A stretch of 64,000 bases of DNA from Okamejei kenojei (taxonomy: Eukaryota). The translations under genes and the position numbers were made by a program. The stretch covers positions 30,628,001-30,692,000 of the forward strand of contig CM069160.1 in the NCBI GenBank assembly GCA_035221665.1, given 5' to 3'. The notes under the pieces are model-generated. The model made no database searches. It was not told the DNA's origin and saw only the letters and a program-made list of their open reading frames with translations. This document shows, in pieces, positions 33,421 through 46,652 of the stretch (within the stretch, counting starts at the first letter, position 1; each line of letters starts with the position of its first letter).

Positions 33421-34593
33421 TGGGCCTGTCCCGCTTTGATCATTTTTCAGGCGACTGCCGACTCGCCGGCAGTTGCCTGAAAATCCTGCAACTGGAACGG
33501 CGACTGTCAGAGTGGAGGACAGACAGACAGACAGCGCTTCCTTCACCAGCCCGTTATGCAGGTGGGGGACAGGGCAAGTGGGGGGAGCGCTGTCTGAGTG
33601 AAATTCACACGGTGCAAAACCAATGTGATACAGACACACCGCATGAGCAGGAAGGGTGGCGCTGTAATTAAGATGGCTAAAGCACAGTGTACGGTAAGTC
33701 ATTTAAAAGAGGGGGGGAGAAGGAGTGGAGACAACTTTTAAGAAGCCAGAGATACACGGCTGTGAAGCTCAGCGGACATTTACCATTACCGGTTAACCGG
33801 TCGGTTATCCTTGGCTCTGAAAACTACTGCTTACGTTTTTTTCCCCAATGAACCAATGAAATTCACCGGTCAGCTCTGGGCTACAACCTAAGAGAACCTT
33901 CGACCTCCTGGCAACCCACTAGGAACTCCAGCCGACCCACCTACGGCACGAGAATTCTCACTACTCTCCATGGCAGCTTCATTCTACTCGCCGCTAATTT
34001 TTCAGCATGTTGAAAAATTCACGGCGACCGTAATGAGGCCGCGACTGGTTTCCAGAATGCGGGAATGGCCTGTCCCACTTAGGTGATTTTTTAGACGACT
34101 AGGATGTCGCCACATGGTCTTGCCTGTATGGTCCTGAGTCATCTCAAGTCGCCCAAAGAGTCACGGTGTTTGCTGGTCGCCGCTAGATGTTCAAATGTTC
34201 GAAACTTTTAGGCGACAGTCTGCATGACGCCAATGATCGTAGCTTGACTTCTCCTGACGTAGGTGCTGTCGTAGGTTGTCGCCAGGTGGCGTAGGTTATT
34301 GCCCGTGCTGACTTCGGTGAATTCCATTGGCGACTACCTACGTCAACCGGCGGCAGGTACCAGCGACTGAATTGTCTTAAGTTGTCTCAGCTTGTCGTAG
34401 CTTGTCGCAGGTGGACGTAGGTGTGGTCGTAGGTGGACGTCCTAATGGGTCGCCGGTTGTCGGTAGCTTGCCGTAGCTTGATGTCGACTAGATGGTAGGT
34501 TTTCGTAGACACTGTTGTAGACATTGTCGTAAGGAGGTCCAGTCGCCGGTTATGACAGTCGCCAAAAAAATCGGCCTAAGTGGGACAGGCCCA
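33421..34593. mobile_element. PIF/Harbinger-like non-autonomous element(s); composite, with an internal TIR at ~34066
   Basis: TTA|tgggcctgtcccgct ... agtgggacaggccca|TAA; internal gtcgtag/gtcgcc repeats. Confidence 0.75.
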
Positions 34594-35199
34594 TAAGGGT
34601 GATGACCTGAAATGTTGTCCATGCATTCCCTCCGCAAGCACTACCTGACACACTGAGTTTCTCCAGCACTTGGGATATAGAAGCCATGGGCGGGCGAAAA
34701 TATTTTTACTTAAAAAAGAAAGAAAAAGAAAATTGTCAAAAATGACCAGGCAGAGTGTTCTTCCCCATTGACAGCCAAGGACAATGCATGAATTAATTTC
34801 TCCCATCACACGAGAATCAAGTTTGTGATGGACTAGAAATGCTGATTGAAATTACATTCTTACCTGTTGCAATACCCAGTGCCAAATGAGACATTCATGT
34901 ACAAAGTTATTACAAGCTTGAACGAGAATTTGATTAAAATTTGTTTCATTTACACCCTGTAGTTTAAGTTCAAGTTCACATTTATTGTCACATGCACCAA
35001 TTAAGATAAAGTGATATTTGAGTTATCATACAGCTATACAAAATTATTACGTATTATGTTCCTTTTTAACATAATACACAATAATTTTAACATAAACATC
35101 CACCACAGTGGAATCCACATTCCTCACTATGATGGAAGGTAATTCAGTCATCTTCCTCCTTTCTTCATCCGTGGTCGAGGCTTTTGAACCCTTCATGCT

Positions 35200-35480
35200 C
35201 CCTTCCTCTCCATCTCCCCTCCCTCTCCTCTCTCTACCTCTCCCCTCTCTACCTCTCCTCTCTCTACCTCTCCTCTCTTTACCTCTCCTCTCTCTCCCTC
35301 TCTTCTCTCTCCTCTCTCTCCCTCCCCTCCCTCCCTCCCCCTCTTCCTCCCTCCCCCCCTCTTCCTCCCTCTGTCTCCCTCCTTCTCCCTCTCCTCTCTC
35401 TTCCTCTCCCTCTCCTCTCTCTTCCTCTCCCCCTCCTTCTATCTCCCCTCCCTCTCTCTCCCCTCCCTCTGTCTCCTCTT
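35200..35480 (+). repeat. Polypyrimidine (CT-rich) low-complexity tract
   Basis: Directly visible. Confidence 0.95.
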
Positions 35481-36539
35481 GAGTCACCGCTGTCGACAGT
35501 CCGTGTTCAAGCCCTCTCGTCTGGAAGCTGGAAACTCTGGCGTCGGGACAGATCGGAACCCTCCATAGCATGGAGCTCCCGAGTCGGCCTCTTCTTACCG
35601 TAGTCAGCGGCTTCACGGTGTTAAAGTCCACAGGTTCCCTCCGCGTCGGGGCAATAAAGCTCCTGCATCGGGGGGGGGTCTCAGCTTCCCCGCGCCGGGC
35701 GATCTGACCCCGGGTCGGGGCAATCAAACTCCCCCACCTCCTCTCCTGTGCCCACCAAATACCCAAGACTGACACAAAAACCTGGAGTAACTCAGCGGGA
35801 CAGGCAGCATCTCTGGAGAGGAGGAATGGTTGATGTTTCGGGTCGAGACCCTTCTCAGGCTGCAAATCACGGGAAAGGAAAACGAGAGATATAGACGATG
35901 TAGAGAGAAAGAACAAATGAATGAAAGATATGCAAAAAAGTAATGATGATAAAGGAAACAGGCCATTCTTAGCAGTGCTAGGTGAGAAGGAGAAGCTGGT
36001 GTGACTTGGGTGGGGGAGGGATGGAAAGAATGGAATGCAGGATTACTTGACGTTAGAGAATTTAATATTAATACCCCTGGGGTGTAAGCTGCCCGAGCGA
36101 AATATGAGATACTGTTCCTCCAATTTGCGTTTAGCCTCACTCTTGACAATGGAGGAGGCCCAGGACAGAAAGGTCAGTGTGGGTAAGAATGAACTGCAGA
36201 TGCTGGTTTAAACTGAAGATAGACACAAAAAGCTGGAGTAACTCAGCAGGACAGGCAGCATCTCTGGAGAGAAGGAAAGGGTGACATTTTGGGTCGAGAC
36301 CCTTCTTTCGAGGTCAATGGGAGATATGGGAAGCGGAATTAAAGTGTTTAGTCACCGGGTCATCAAGATAGATCCAGGCATTGTCCGGCGTCTCCCCTCT
36401 TCCGGCTTTCTTCAACCCCGACCCCCCCCCCCAATCAGTCCCATCCATGTTCTCCAGAGATGCTGTCCTGAGTTACAGCACTCTGGAAACCTCTCCGCAG
36501 ATGCTGCTTGATCCGCTGAGTTACTCCAGCACTCATGTG

Positions 36540-37360
36540 AAACATAGAAATTAGGTGCAGGAGCAGGCCATTCGGCCCTTCGAGCCTGCACCTCCATTCA
36601 ATATGATCATGGCTGATCATCCAACTCAGTATCCTGTACCTGCCTTCTCTCCATACCATCTGATCCCTTCAGCCACAAGGGCCACATCCAACTCCCTCTT
36701 AAATATGGGCAACAAACTGCCCTCAACTACCTTCTGTGGCAGAGAATTCCACAGATTCACAACACAGATGTGTGAAAAACGATTTTCCTCATCTCGGTCC
36801 TAAAAGACTTCCCCCTTATCCTTAAACCTGTGACCCCTTGTCCTGGACTTCCCCAACATCGGAACAATCTTCCTCCTGCATCTAGCCTGTCCCAACCCCT
36901 TAAGAATTTTGTAAGTCTCTATAATGAGATCACCACCTCAATCTTCTAAATTCCAGCGAGTACAAGCCGAGTCTATCCAGTCTTTCTTCATATGGAAGTC
37001 GTGCCAATCCCAGGAATCAGTCCAGTGTTGTACCTTCCTCTGTACTCCCTCTATGGCAAGAATGTCTTCCTCAGATTAGAGACCAAAACTGTACGCAATA
37101 CTCCAAGGTGTGGCCTCACCAAAACCGCTGTACAACTGCAGTAGAACCTCCCTGCTCTTGTACTCAAATCCTTTTGCTAAGAATGCCAACATACCATTTG
37201 CTTTTCTTCACAGCCTCTGCACCTGCCATGCCCTACTTTCAATGACTGGTGGTACCATCGACATCCTAGGTCTCGCTGCATCTCCCCTTTTCCTAATCGG
37301 TCACCATTCAAATAATAGTCTACCTTCCTGTTTTTGCCACCAACAGTGGATAACCTCACA
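36540..37360 (-). mobile_element. CR1 LINE 3' fragment (indel-rich)
   Basis: Reverse complement of the 14040-14828 family sequence. Confidence 0.9.
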
Positions 37361-37444
37361 AATCGGAATGGTCACCTATCCATGTTCTCCACAGATTGCT
37401 TTCCTGATCCCTGGTTACTCCCAGCACTCCTGTGAAATCATCCA

Positions 37445-39470
37445 CCAATCCACGGCCTAGAGTGACAACAAATACCGCAAGCTGGAGGAACAGCACCTCA
37501 ATCCTTGACGCCATCCTATCCCCCTTTGTTAAATCCCCTCCCCACCCTATGTTCAAGACACCTCCGACACTCTCCGTCTGCTCCATGCCATTCCATTCTC
37601 CAGGCCCCATACCTCTCATCTTTATACCATGACGTCCAGTCACTTCCACCCTACACCTCCATTTCCCCACCAGGACGGTCTCAAAGCCCTCCCTGTTCTT
37701 CCTCGACCAGAGGAGCAACCCATACCCGTCCACGACACCCTCCTTCCCGCCTAGCAGAAGGTTTGGTCCCACCCTCAATAACTTCTCTTTTGATTCCTCC
37801 TCATTATCCTCCAAACACAAGGCTAGCTATGGGCACACGCATGGGGCCCCAGCCTACGCTGCCTCTTTGTTGGGTACGTCGAACATCCTGTTCTCTCGAC
37901 TACCAGGGCCCCCATCCCCGTACCTCTACCTCCGTTACATCGTCGACTGCTTTGGTGTCCCGTCCTGCACCCACGACACAACTGACCTGACTTCATTCAT
38001 TTCACCACCAACTCCATCCGCACTCAATACACTTGGACCCATTTCGCGACACCCTCCCAAACCATTCCTTTGACCTCAGCCATACTCTATAGCAGGTGAT
38101 ACGCTCCTGACCGACACCCACTATAAACCACTGACTCACCCCAGCTACCTGGACTACTACTTCCTCACACCCACCCTGCTTCCTGTAAGGACTCCATCCC
38201 CTATTCCAATTCCTCTCCTCCGTCTACCACTAACGCCGCATCTGCTCCCATGATGAGGTGTTCCACACCAGGTCATCACAAATGTCCTCATTCTTCAGAA
38301 ACGGGGATTCCCCCTCCCCCACTATTGATGAGGCTCCGCACCAGGGTCCTCCTCCATACCGCTGCAACAAAAACACTGCCTCGCTCCCCCATTCCCCCAC
38401 TACAGACCCGCAAACAGGCAGAGTCCCCCTGTCCCTCACCTTTCACCCACCAGCCGGCAAATACACATATAGTCACTACGCGCTCAGTTTCAGCTACCTC
38501 CAACGTGACCCCTCCACCCCGCCACATCTTCCCATCTCCCTCACACACTCTCACATACCAGCGCACCACCGCCCCACACGACCCCCCTGTCTGCCTTCAG
38601 CAAAGACCGCTCCCTCCGCAACTCCTTGGTCCATTCTTCCCTCCCCTCCACTCTACTACCACCTACCACTACCCCTTCCCCGGCGCACTTACCCCTTGCA
38701 ACCGCAAGAAATGCAACACATGTCCCTTCACCTCCCCCCTCAACTTATCAGGGACCCAAGCAGTCCCTTTCCAGGTCCGACAGAGGTCACCTGCACCTCC
38801 TCCAACCTCACATACTGCATCCGCCTGCTTTACCAATGCCAGAAGATCTATATCGGTGAACCAAGCGGAGGCTTGGCGATCGCTTCGCCGAACACCTCTG
38901 CTCGGTCCCGCAAATAACCAACCCGACCTCCACCCTCCTCCGGTGGCTCAGCACTTCACTCCCCCCCCCCCCCATTCCACAATTTCCGACCTCTCGGTCC
39001 TGGGCCTCCTCCTCCGGCCAGAGTGAAGCAACAACCGCAAGCTGGAGAAACAGCCACCTCATATTTCCGCTTGGGAGTCTGTCAACCTTTGGGCTGTATA
39101 TTGAATTTTCTCAATTCTGTTAACCCTTGCTGTCTCAATCCCCCTCCCACCTCTCCCTCAGCCCTTCGGGCCCTGCATGTCCCTCTATCTCTTCTCTCCT
39201 CCCCCCACCACAGTCGCACCAGCTCTCATTTTCACACCACAAACAGCTTAAATGGCTTGATCCCTTTTATCACACGAACTGACTTTTTTGCATATCTTTC
39301 ACTCATTTGTTTCCTTATCTCTCCACATCACCGTCTATATCTCTAGTTCCCCAGATACCTGACCAGATCAGAAGAAGGGTCTCCGACCCGAAAAAAACCG
39401 TCGCCTATCTCCTTACGCGTCCTTAGATTGCTGCTGCACACCACTGAAGTTTCCTCGGCTTTTGTGTACC
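37445..39470 (+). mobile_element. Penelope-like retroelement (RT, GIY-YIG, pLTR), frameshifted
   Basis: G.AMGTRMGP, YLRYIVDCFG (YIDD-like), H.KPT..YLDY, PCNRKKCNTC, TCTSSNLTYCI, IYIGE, VAQHF; terminal pLTR. Confidence 0.9.
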
Positions 39471-40299
39471 ATCACCAATCCATGTTCCTCCACAGATGCT
39501 GCCTGAACACGCTGAGTTACTCCAGCACTGTGTGAAACGTCACCAATGCATGTTCTCCACAGATGCTGCCTGACCCGCTGAGTTACTCCAGCACATTTTG
39601 TCTTGGTCTCTGTGTGAAGGTCGGTGCAGCTTCACGGCGCAGCACCCCCACCTGCTGCTGGCAAGCGGTACTACGGAGAGAACAGGGACACCAAACTTCT
39701 TCTGAGGCAGAGAATTCCACAGATTCACAACTCTCTGGGTGAACAGGTTTTCCTCGTCTCCGTTCGAAATGGCTTTCCCCTCAATCTTAAACTTTGTGGC
39801 CCCGTGCTTCTGGACGCCCCCAACATCGGGAACATGTTCCCTGCCTCTAGCGTGTCCAAACCCTTAAGAATTTTATATGTTTGATATGTTTCTTAGAATA
39901 AAGGGGAAGTCATTTAAGACTGAGGTGAGAAAAAACTTTTTCATCCAGAGAGTTGCGAATTTATGGAATTCCCTGCCACAGAGGGCAGTGGAGGCCAAGT
40001 CAATGGATGGATTTAAGAGAGAGTTAGATAGAGCTCTTGGGGCTAGTGGAATCAAGGGATATGGGGATAAGGCAGGCACGGTTATTGATTGGGGACGATC
40101 AGCCAGGATCACAATGAATGGCGGTGCTGGCTCGAAGGGCCGAATGGCCTCCTGCACCTATTTTTCTATGTTTCAACGTCACCCATTCCTTATTTCCAAA
40201 GATGCTGCCTGTCCCGCTGAGTTACTCCAGCATCTTGAGAAATGCAGCGCGTTTTACGCATAACCTGTGAATTGCAGGAATCTGAAGCTGATTTTTTAA

Positions 40300-43200
40300 A
40301 ACTCTCCCTCCCTCTCATCATCTCTCCCTCCTTCTCCCTCTTCCCTCCGCCCCTCTCTCTCTCCTCTCTCCCCTCCCTCTCCTCTTGAGTAATGCAGCCG
40401 TTTAGCGCGATACCGCGAATTGCAGGAATCTGGAACTGATTTGGTTTACGTCATTCTCTCCTCCCTCTCCCTCCTCTTTCCTCCCTCCCTCCCTCCGCCC
40501 TCCCTCTTTCTCGCCCTCTCATCCCCTCCCTCTTTCCTCTTTCCTCCCTCTTTTTCCTCCTCCCTCCCCATCCCCCTTTCTCTCCCCCTTTCTCTCCTTC
40601 CTCCTCTCCCCCCTTTCTCTCCTCCCTCCCTCATTTCTTCCCCTCTCTTCCTCCCTCCCTCTTTCTCGTCCTCCCTCCCTCATTACTCCCCTCTCTTCCC
40701 CTCCCACTATTTCTCTCCTCCCTCTTTCTCCCCTCCCCTCCCTCTTTCTCTCCCCCTCCCTCCCCCTCTTTCTCTTCTGCTCCCTCCCACTTTCTCTCCT
40801 CCCTCCCCCCTCTTTCTCCCCCCCCTCACCTCCTTTCTTTCCCCTCGCCCCCCTCCCTCCTTTCACGTCTCTCACCCCCCTCCCTCTTTCTCCCCTCCCT
40901 CCCCTCCCTCTTTCCTTCCCCTCCCTCCCTCTCCCTCCCTCCCTCTTTCTCCCCTCCCTCCCTCTTTCTCCCCTCCCTCAGCCTCAGCGCCTCCCTCCCT
41001 CCATTACTCAACCTCCCTGCCCCCCCTCCCGTCCCTCTTTCTCACCTCCCACCCCTCCCTCCCTATTCTCCCCACCCTTCCCTCTTTCTCCCATCCCTCC
41101 CCCCTCGCCCCCTATTTCTCCCCCTCCCCTAGCCCCTCCTTCCTCCTCCCCTCCCTCCCCTCCCTTGTTTCCTCCCCTCNNNNNNNNNNNNNNNNNNNNN
41201 NNNNNNNNNNNNNNNNNNNNNNNNNNNNNNNNNNNNNNNNNNNNNNNNNNNNNNNNNNNNNNNNNNNNNNNNNNNNNNNNNNNNNNNNNNNNNNNNNNNN
41301 NNNNNNNNNNNNNNNNNNNNNNNNNNNNNNNNNNNNNNNNNNNNNNNNNNNNNNNNNNNNNNNNNNNCTCTTCCCCTCCCCCCAACCCTCTTCCTCCCCT
41401 CCCTCCCTCCCTCTTCCTCCCCTCCCCTCCCTCTTCCTCCCCTCCCTCCCTCCCTCTTCCCTCCCCTCCCTCGCTCCTCTTCCTCACCCTCCCTCCCCCC
41501 TCTTCCTCCCCCCCCCCTCCCTCTTCCTCCCCTCCCACCCCTCCCTCTTCCTCCCCTCCCTCCCTCGCCTCCCTCTTCCTTCCCCTCCCTCCCCCCCCAC
41601 CCTCTTCCTCCGCCTCCCTCCCCCCCTCTTCCTCCCCTCCCTCCCTACCTCACCCCCCCTCTTCCTCCTCTCCCTCCCTCTTCCTCCCCTCCCTCCCCCT
41701 CTCCTCCCCTCCCTCCCCCCTCTTCCTCCCCCTCCCTCCCCCCCCTCTTCCTCCCTCTCCCTCCCCTCCCTCCCTCCCCTCCCCTCCTCCCATCCCTACC
41801 CCCTCCCTCCCCTCCCTCCTTACCTCGTTCCTCCCTCCCTCCCCGCCCCCTCTTCCTCTTCCTCCCCTCCCTCCCTCCCTCCCCCCTCTTCCTCTTCTCC
41901 CTCCCATCCCTCCCTCTNNNNNNNNNNNNNNNNNNNNNNNNNNNNNNNNNNNNNNNNNNNNNNNNNNNNNNNNNNNNNNNNNNNNNNNNNNNNNNNNNNN
42001 NNNNNNNNNNNNNNNNNNNNNNNNNNNNNNNNNNNNNNNNNNNNNNNNNNNCCATCCTTACCTCCCCCTCCCTCCCTCCCTCTTCCTCCCCTCCCCCCTC
42101 CTCTTTCCTCCCCTCCCTCCCTCCCTCTTCCTCCCCCCCCTTCCCCCCCCCCCCCCCTCCCTCCCTCTTTCCTCCCTCTCACCTCCCTCTTCCTCCCCTC
42201 CCTCCCTCCCTCTCTTCAGAACCCCCTCCCTCACCANNNNNNNNNNNNNNNNNNNNNNNNNNNNNNNNNNNNNNNNNNNNNNNNNNNNNNNNNNNNNNNN
42301 NNNNNNNNNNNNNNNNNNNNNNNNNNNNNNNNNNNNNNNNNNNNNNNNNNNNNNNNNNNNNNNNNNNNNNNNNNNNNNNNNNNNNNNNNNNNNNNNNNNN
42401 NNNNNNNNNNNNNNNNNNNNNNNNNNNNNNNNNNNNNNNNNNNNNNNNNNNNNNNNNNNNNNNNNNNNNNNNNAATGCCTACCCTCCCTCCTCCCTCCCT
42501 CTTCCCCTCCCATCCCTACCTCTTCCTCCCCTCCCTCCCTCTTCTCCCCTCACCCTCCCTCCCTCTTCCCTCCCCTCCCTCCCTCCCTCGTTCCTCCCCT
42601 CACCCTCCCTCCCTCTCCATCCCCTCACTCCCACCCACTTCCTCCCCTCCCTCCTAACACCCCTCCCTCTTCCTCCCCCTCGCCTCCCTCTTCCTCCCCC
42701 TTCCTCCCTCCGCTTCCTCCCTCTCGACTCCCTCCCTCCCTCTTCCTCCCTCTTCCTCCCCACCTCTTCCTACCCCTCCCCCCTCCCATCTTCCTCCCCT
42801 CTCCAATCACACTCTATTTTTCTCTCTTCTCCCACTCCTCCCCTCATTCTCTCGTCCTCCCCTCTCTCGCTCTCTAAACCCCTCTCTCCATCACCCTCCC
42901 CCTTTCTCTCCCCCGCTCCCTCCCTCCCGCTCCCTCAACCCCACTCTTTCCTCCCTCCCTTCTTTCTCCCTCTCCTTCGTTCCCTGTCTCCTCCACTCAG
43001 TAATTTCTCCCGCCCTCTCCCCCCCCCCGTCTCCTTCTCACCACCTCTCCCTCCCCCTCCCACATTCACTCCTCCCCCTCCCTCCTCTTGAGAAATGCAG
43101 CGCTTTTAGCGAGCATAACCGGTGAATTGCAGGAATCTGAAGAGTAGAATTTGTTTTACTCTCTCCTCCTCCTTTCTCCCTCATCCGTCCTTCTTTCTTC

Positions 43201-46140
43201 CCCCCTCGCCCTCCCTCTTTCTCACCCTCCCTCCCATCGTTCTCCAATTCTCCCTCCCCTCTCTCCCTCCCCTTCCCCCTCGCCCCTCTTTCCTCCCCTT
43301 CCTCTCCTCTCCCTCACCCTTCCCTCTTTCTTTTCCGATCCCTTACTCCCCTCCATATCACAATCCCCCCTCCCTCTTCTCCCACTTTCTCTCCGTTTCC
43401 CCCCTCTCCCTCCCTTCCCCCTCTCCTCATCCCTCCCTTCCCTCTCTCTCCCTCCCCTTCCCTCCCTCTTTCTTCTCGATCCCTCTCTTCTCTCCATATC
43501 TCCATTCCCCCTCCCTCCCTCTCCCCACATTCTCCCCCTACCCCTCTCCCGCTTTCCCCCCTCCCCCTCCCAACTTCTCCCCTCCCCCTCCCCTTTCTCC
43601 CCCCCTCCCTCTCCCACATTTCTCTCCCTCCCTCTCCCACATTCTCCCCTCCCTCCTACTTTCTCCCACATTCTCCCCTCCCTCTCCCGCTCTCTCCCAC
43701 GTTCCCCCCTCCCTCTCTCACATTCTCCCTCTCCCTCTCCCCACGTTTCTCCCCCTCCCTCCCCTCCACCCACATTCTCCCCCTCCCCCTCCGCACATTC
43801 TCCCACCCACTCCCTCCCTCCCGACATTCTCGCCCCTCGCCACATTTCTCCCCCCCCTCTCACCACATTCTCCCCCTCCCTCTCCCACTTTCTCCCCCCC
43901 CCGTCCCTCTCCCACATTCTCCCCTCCCTCTTCCCACTTTCTTTCCCTCCCCTCCCTCTCCCACATTCTCCCCCCTCCCTCTCCACATTCTCCCCCACCC
44001 CCTCCCACATTCTCCCCTCTCCCTCTCCCACATTCTCCCCTCCCCCGTCCCTCTCCCACATTCTCCCCTCCCTCCTCCCACATTCTCCCCCTGCGTCTCC
44101 CACAGTTCTCTCTTCCCCCCTCCCTCTCCCACATTCTCCCCGTCCCACCTCCACTTCTCCCACATTACTCCCCCTCCCACTCTCCCACATTCTCCCCCTC
44201 CCCCTCCCACATCTCCCTCTCCCACATTCCCCCCTCCCTCTCCTCGACCTTCTCCTCCGTCCGACCCCTCCCTCTCCAACATATCTCCCCTCCCTCCTCC
44301 CACATTCTCACATTCCCCCCGTCCCATCTCCCACATTCACCCCCTTCCACCCCTCCGCACATTCTCCCGTCCTCTCCCACATATCTCCCCCCCTCCCCCT
44401 CCCCCCCTCCCACATTCTCCCCCTCCCACATTATCCCCCTCCCCTCTCCCACCATTCTCCCCCTCCCTCTCCCACTTAACCCCCCTCCACCCCTCCCACA
44501 TTCTCCCCCTCACCAACATTATCCCCTCCCTATCCCACATTCCTTCCCCTCCCTCTCACCACTGTTCTCCCCCCTCCCCTCCCTCTCCCACATTCCCTAC
44601 CCCTCCCTCTCATCACATTCCCCCTCCCTCTCCCAACCCCCAAAATCTCCCGTCCCTCTCCACATTCTCCCTCCCTCTCCCACCATTCTCTTCTCCCCTC
44701 CCCCCCCCCGTCCCACATTCTCCCCCATCCCCTCTCCCCATTCTCCCCCTCCCCACCCTCATCCCACATTCTCCCTCTCCCCCCCCTCTCACCAGCATTC
44801 TCCCCCTGCGTACTCCCACATTCTCCCCTCCCTCACATCACTCCACATTCTATACTCTCTCTCCCCCCTCCCTGCCTACTTCTCCCACATTCTCTCTCCC
44901 CTCCCTCTCCACATTCCCCCCTCCCACTCCCACATTCTCCCCCTCCACATTCTCCCTCTCCCATATTCTCCCCCCTCCCTCTCTCACATTCTCTCTCCCC
45001 CCGTCCACCTCTCCCACATTCTCCACCCCGTCCTCTCCCCATTCTCCCCCCTACCCCCTCCCACATTCTCACCCTCCCTCTCCCACATTCTCCCCCTCCC
45101 CCTACACCATTCTCCCCCTGCACCACATTATCCCCCCTCCCTCTCTCCACATTCTCCCCCCGTCCCTCTCCCACATTATCCCCCTCCCCTCCCCCCTCCC
45201 CTGCAACCCACATATCCCCCCCCTCTCACCAACATTCTTCCCTCCCTCTCCCGATTTCTCCCCTCCCCTCCCTCTCTCCCACATTCTCCCCCTCCCTCTA
45301 CCCACATTCTCCCCCTCCCTCTCCCACATCTCCCCCTTCCTCTTACTTTCAACTTTTCTCACCACATCTCCCCCTCCCTCATCACCAACATTCTCCTACC
45401 GTCCCTCTCCCACATTCTTCCCACGACCCTCTCCCCACAATCTCCCCGTCCTCTCCCCATTCTCCCCCTCCCCCTCCCACATCCTCCACCCCTCCCCCTC
45501 CCACATCCTCCCCCTCCACATTCTCCCCCTCCCCTCGCCACATTCTCCCCTCCCCCTCCCACATATCCCCCTCCCCTCCCCACATTCTCCCTTCCTCCCC
45601 CTCCCTCTCCCACATTCTCCCCTGCGTCTCCCTACATTCTCCCCCTGCCTCCCACATTCTCGCCCATCCCTCTCCCCACATTCTCCCCCTCCCTCTCCAC
45701 ATTCTCCCCCTCCCTCATCCCGACATTCTCCCCCTCCCTCTCCCCTCTCGCCACATTCTTCTCCCCCCTACCCCCCTCCCACTTTCTCCCTCCTCTCCCC
45801 CTCCCCCCTCCCCCTCCCCCCCCCCTCCCCCTCCCCCCCTCACCCCTCCCCCTCCCCCTCCCACCTTTCTCACCCTCCCTCTCCTCTCCTCGTCCACACA
45901 TTCTCCTTCTCCCCCTCCCTCCCCACTTTCTTTTCTCTCTTTCTCCCCCTCCCTCCCCACTTTCCTCTTCTCCCCCTCCCTCCCCACATTCATCTCCCCA
46001 CTATTCCTCTTCCTCCCCCCTCCCTCCCACCACTTTCTCCCCTCCCTCCCCCACTTCTCAACCCTCGCCTCTCCTACATTCATCCCCCTCCCTCTCCCAC
46101 CCCCCTGCTCCGACCTTTTCTCCCATTCCCTCTCCCTCCC
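40300..46140 (+). repeat. ~5.8 kb polypyrimidine tract / minisatellite (CCCTCTCCCACATTCTCCCCCT-like units at ~43600-45800) with three N-gaps (41180-41367, 41918-42051, 42237-42473)
   Basis: Directly visible. Confidence 0.95.
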
Positions 46141-46229
46141 TCCAACCAGTGAATTGCAGGAATCTGCAGCTGATTTTTTTTTCACTCTTGAGTCACCAGA
46201 TCCTTTGGTCACAAGTACTGAAGATAAAC

Positions 46230-46652
46230 ATGGCTTCGGCCCAGCCGGATGATAGTTTGACAGAGTATCTAAGTTGCCCCCTCTGCCTGAACTTCTTCAC
46301 CGACCCCGTCTCACTCGAGTGCGGCCACAATTTCTGCCGCTCCTGCATCATGGATGGCTGGAAGGAGAAAGAGACCAACTACTGCCCAGAGTGCAGGGAG
46401 GAATTTCAAGGGAGGAATCTCATAGCCAGTCGGGCCTTGGCTAACTTGGCGAACAAAGCACGAAAATTGAACCTGATGTCCAAAGAAAAAGGGAACAAAA
46501 TACTCTGCGAGGAGCACTGGGAGGAACTGAAGCTGTTTTGTGAAACGGACAAGAAGTTGATATGTTATACTTGCAGGGACGCTCCCCTTTTCCCCGGAGA
46601 ACACAGAGACCATCGCTTCATGCCGGTCAATGAAGCTGTAGAAATCTACAAG
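46230..46652 (+). CDS. TRIM gene first coding exon: C3HC4 RING plus B-box 2 (A33/NF7/TRIM39-TRIM69-like type expanded in cartilaginous fish)
   Basis: aacATGG Kozak context; CPLC..DPVSLECGHNFCRSC..CPECR; CEEH.EELKLFCETDKKLIC..C.D..EHRDH..EAVEIYK; phase-0 donor GTAAC at 46653; 141 codons. Confidence 0.95.

Noticed and set aside
40420-42877. 745-aa and 570-aa Pro-rich ORFs and antisense Gly/Glu/Arg ORFs
   Set aside because: Low-complexity sequence spanning N-gaps.
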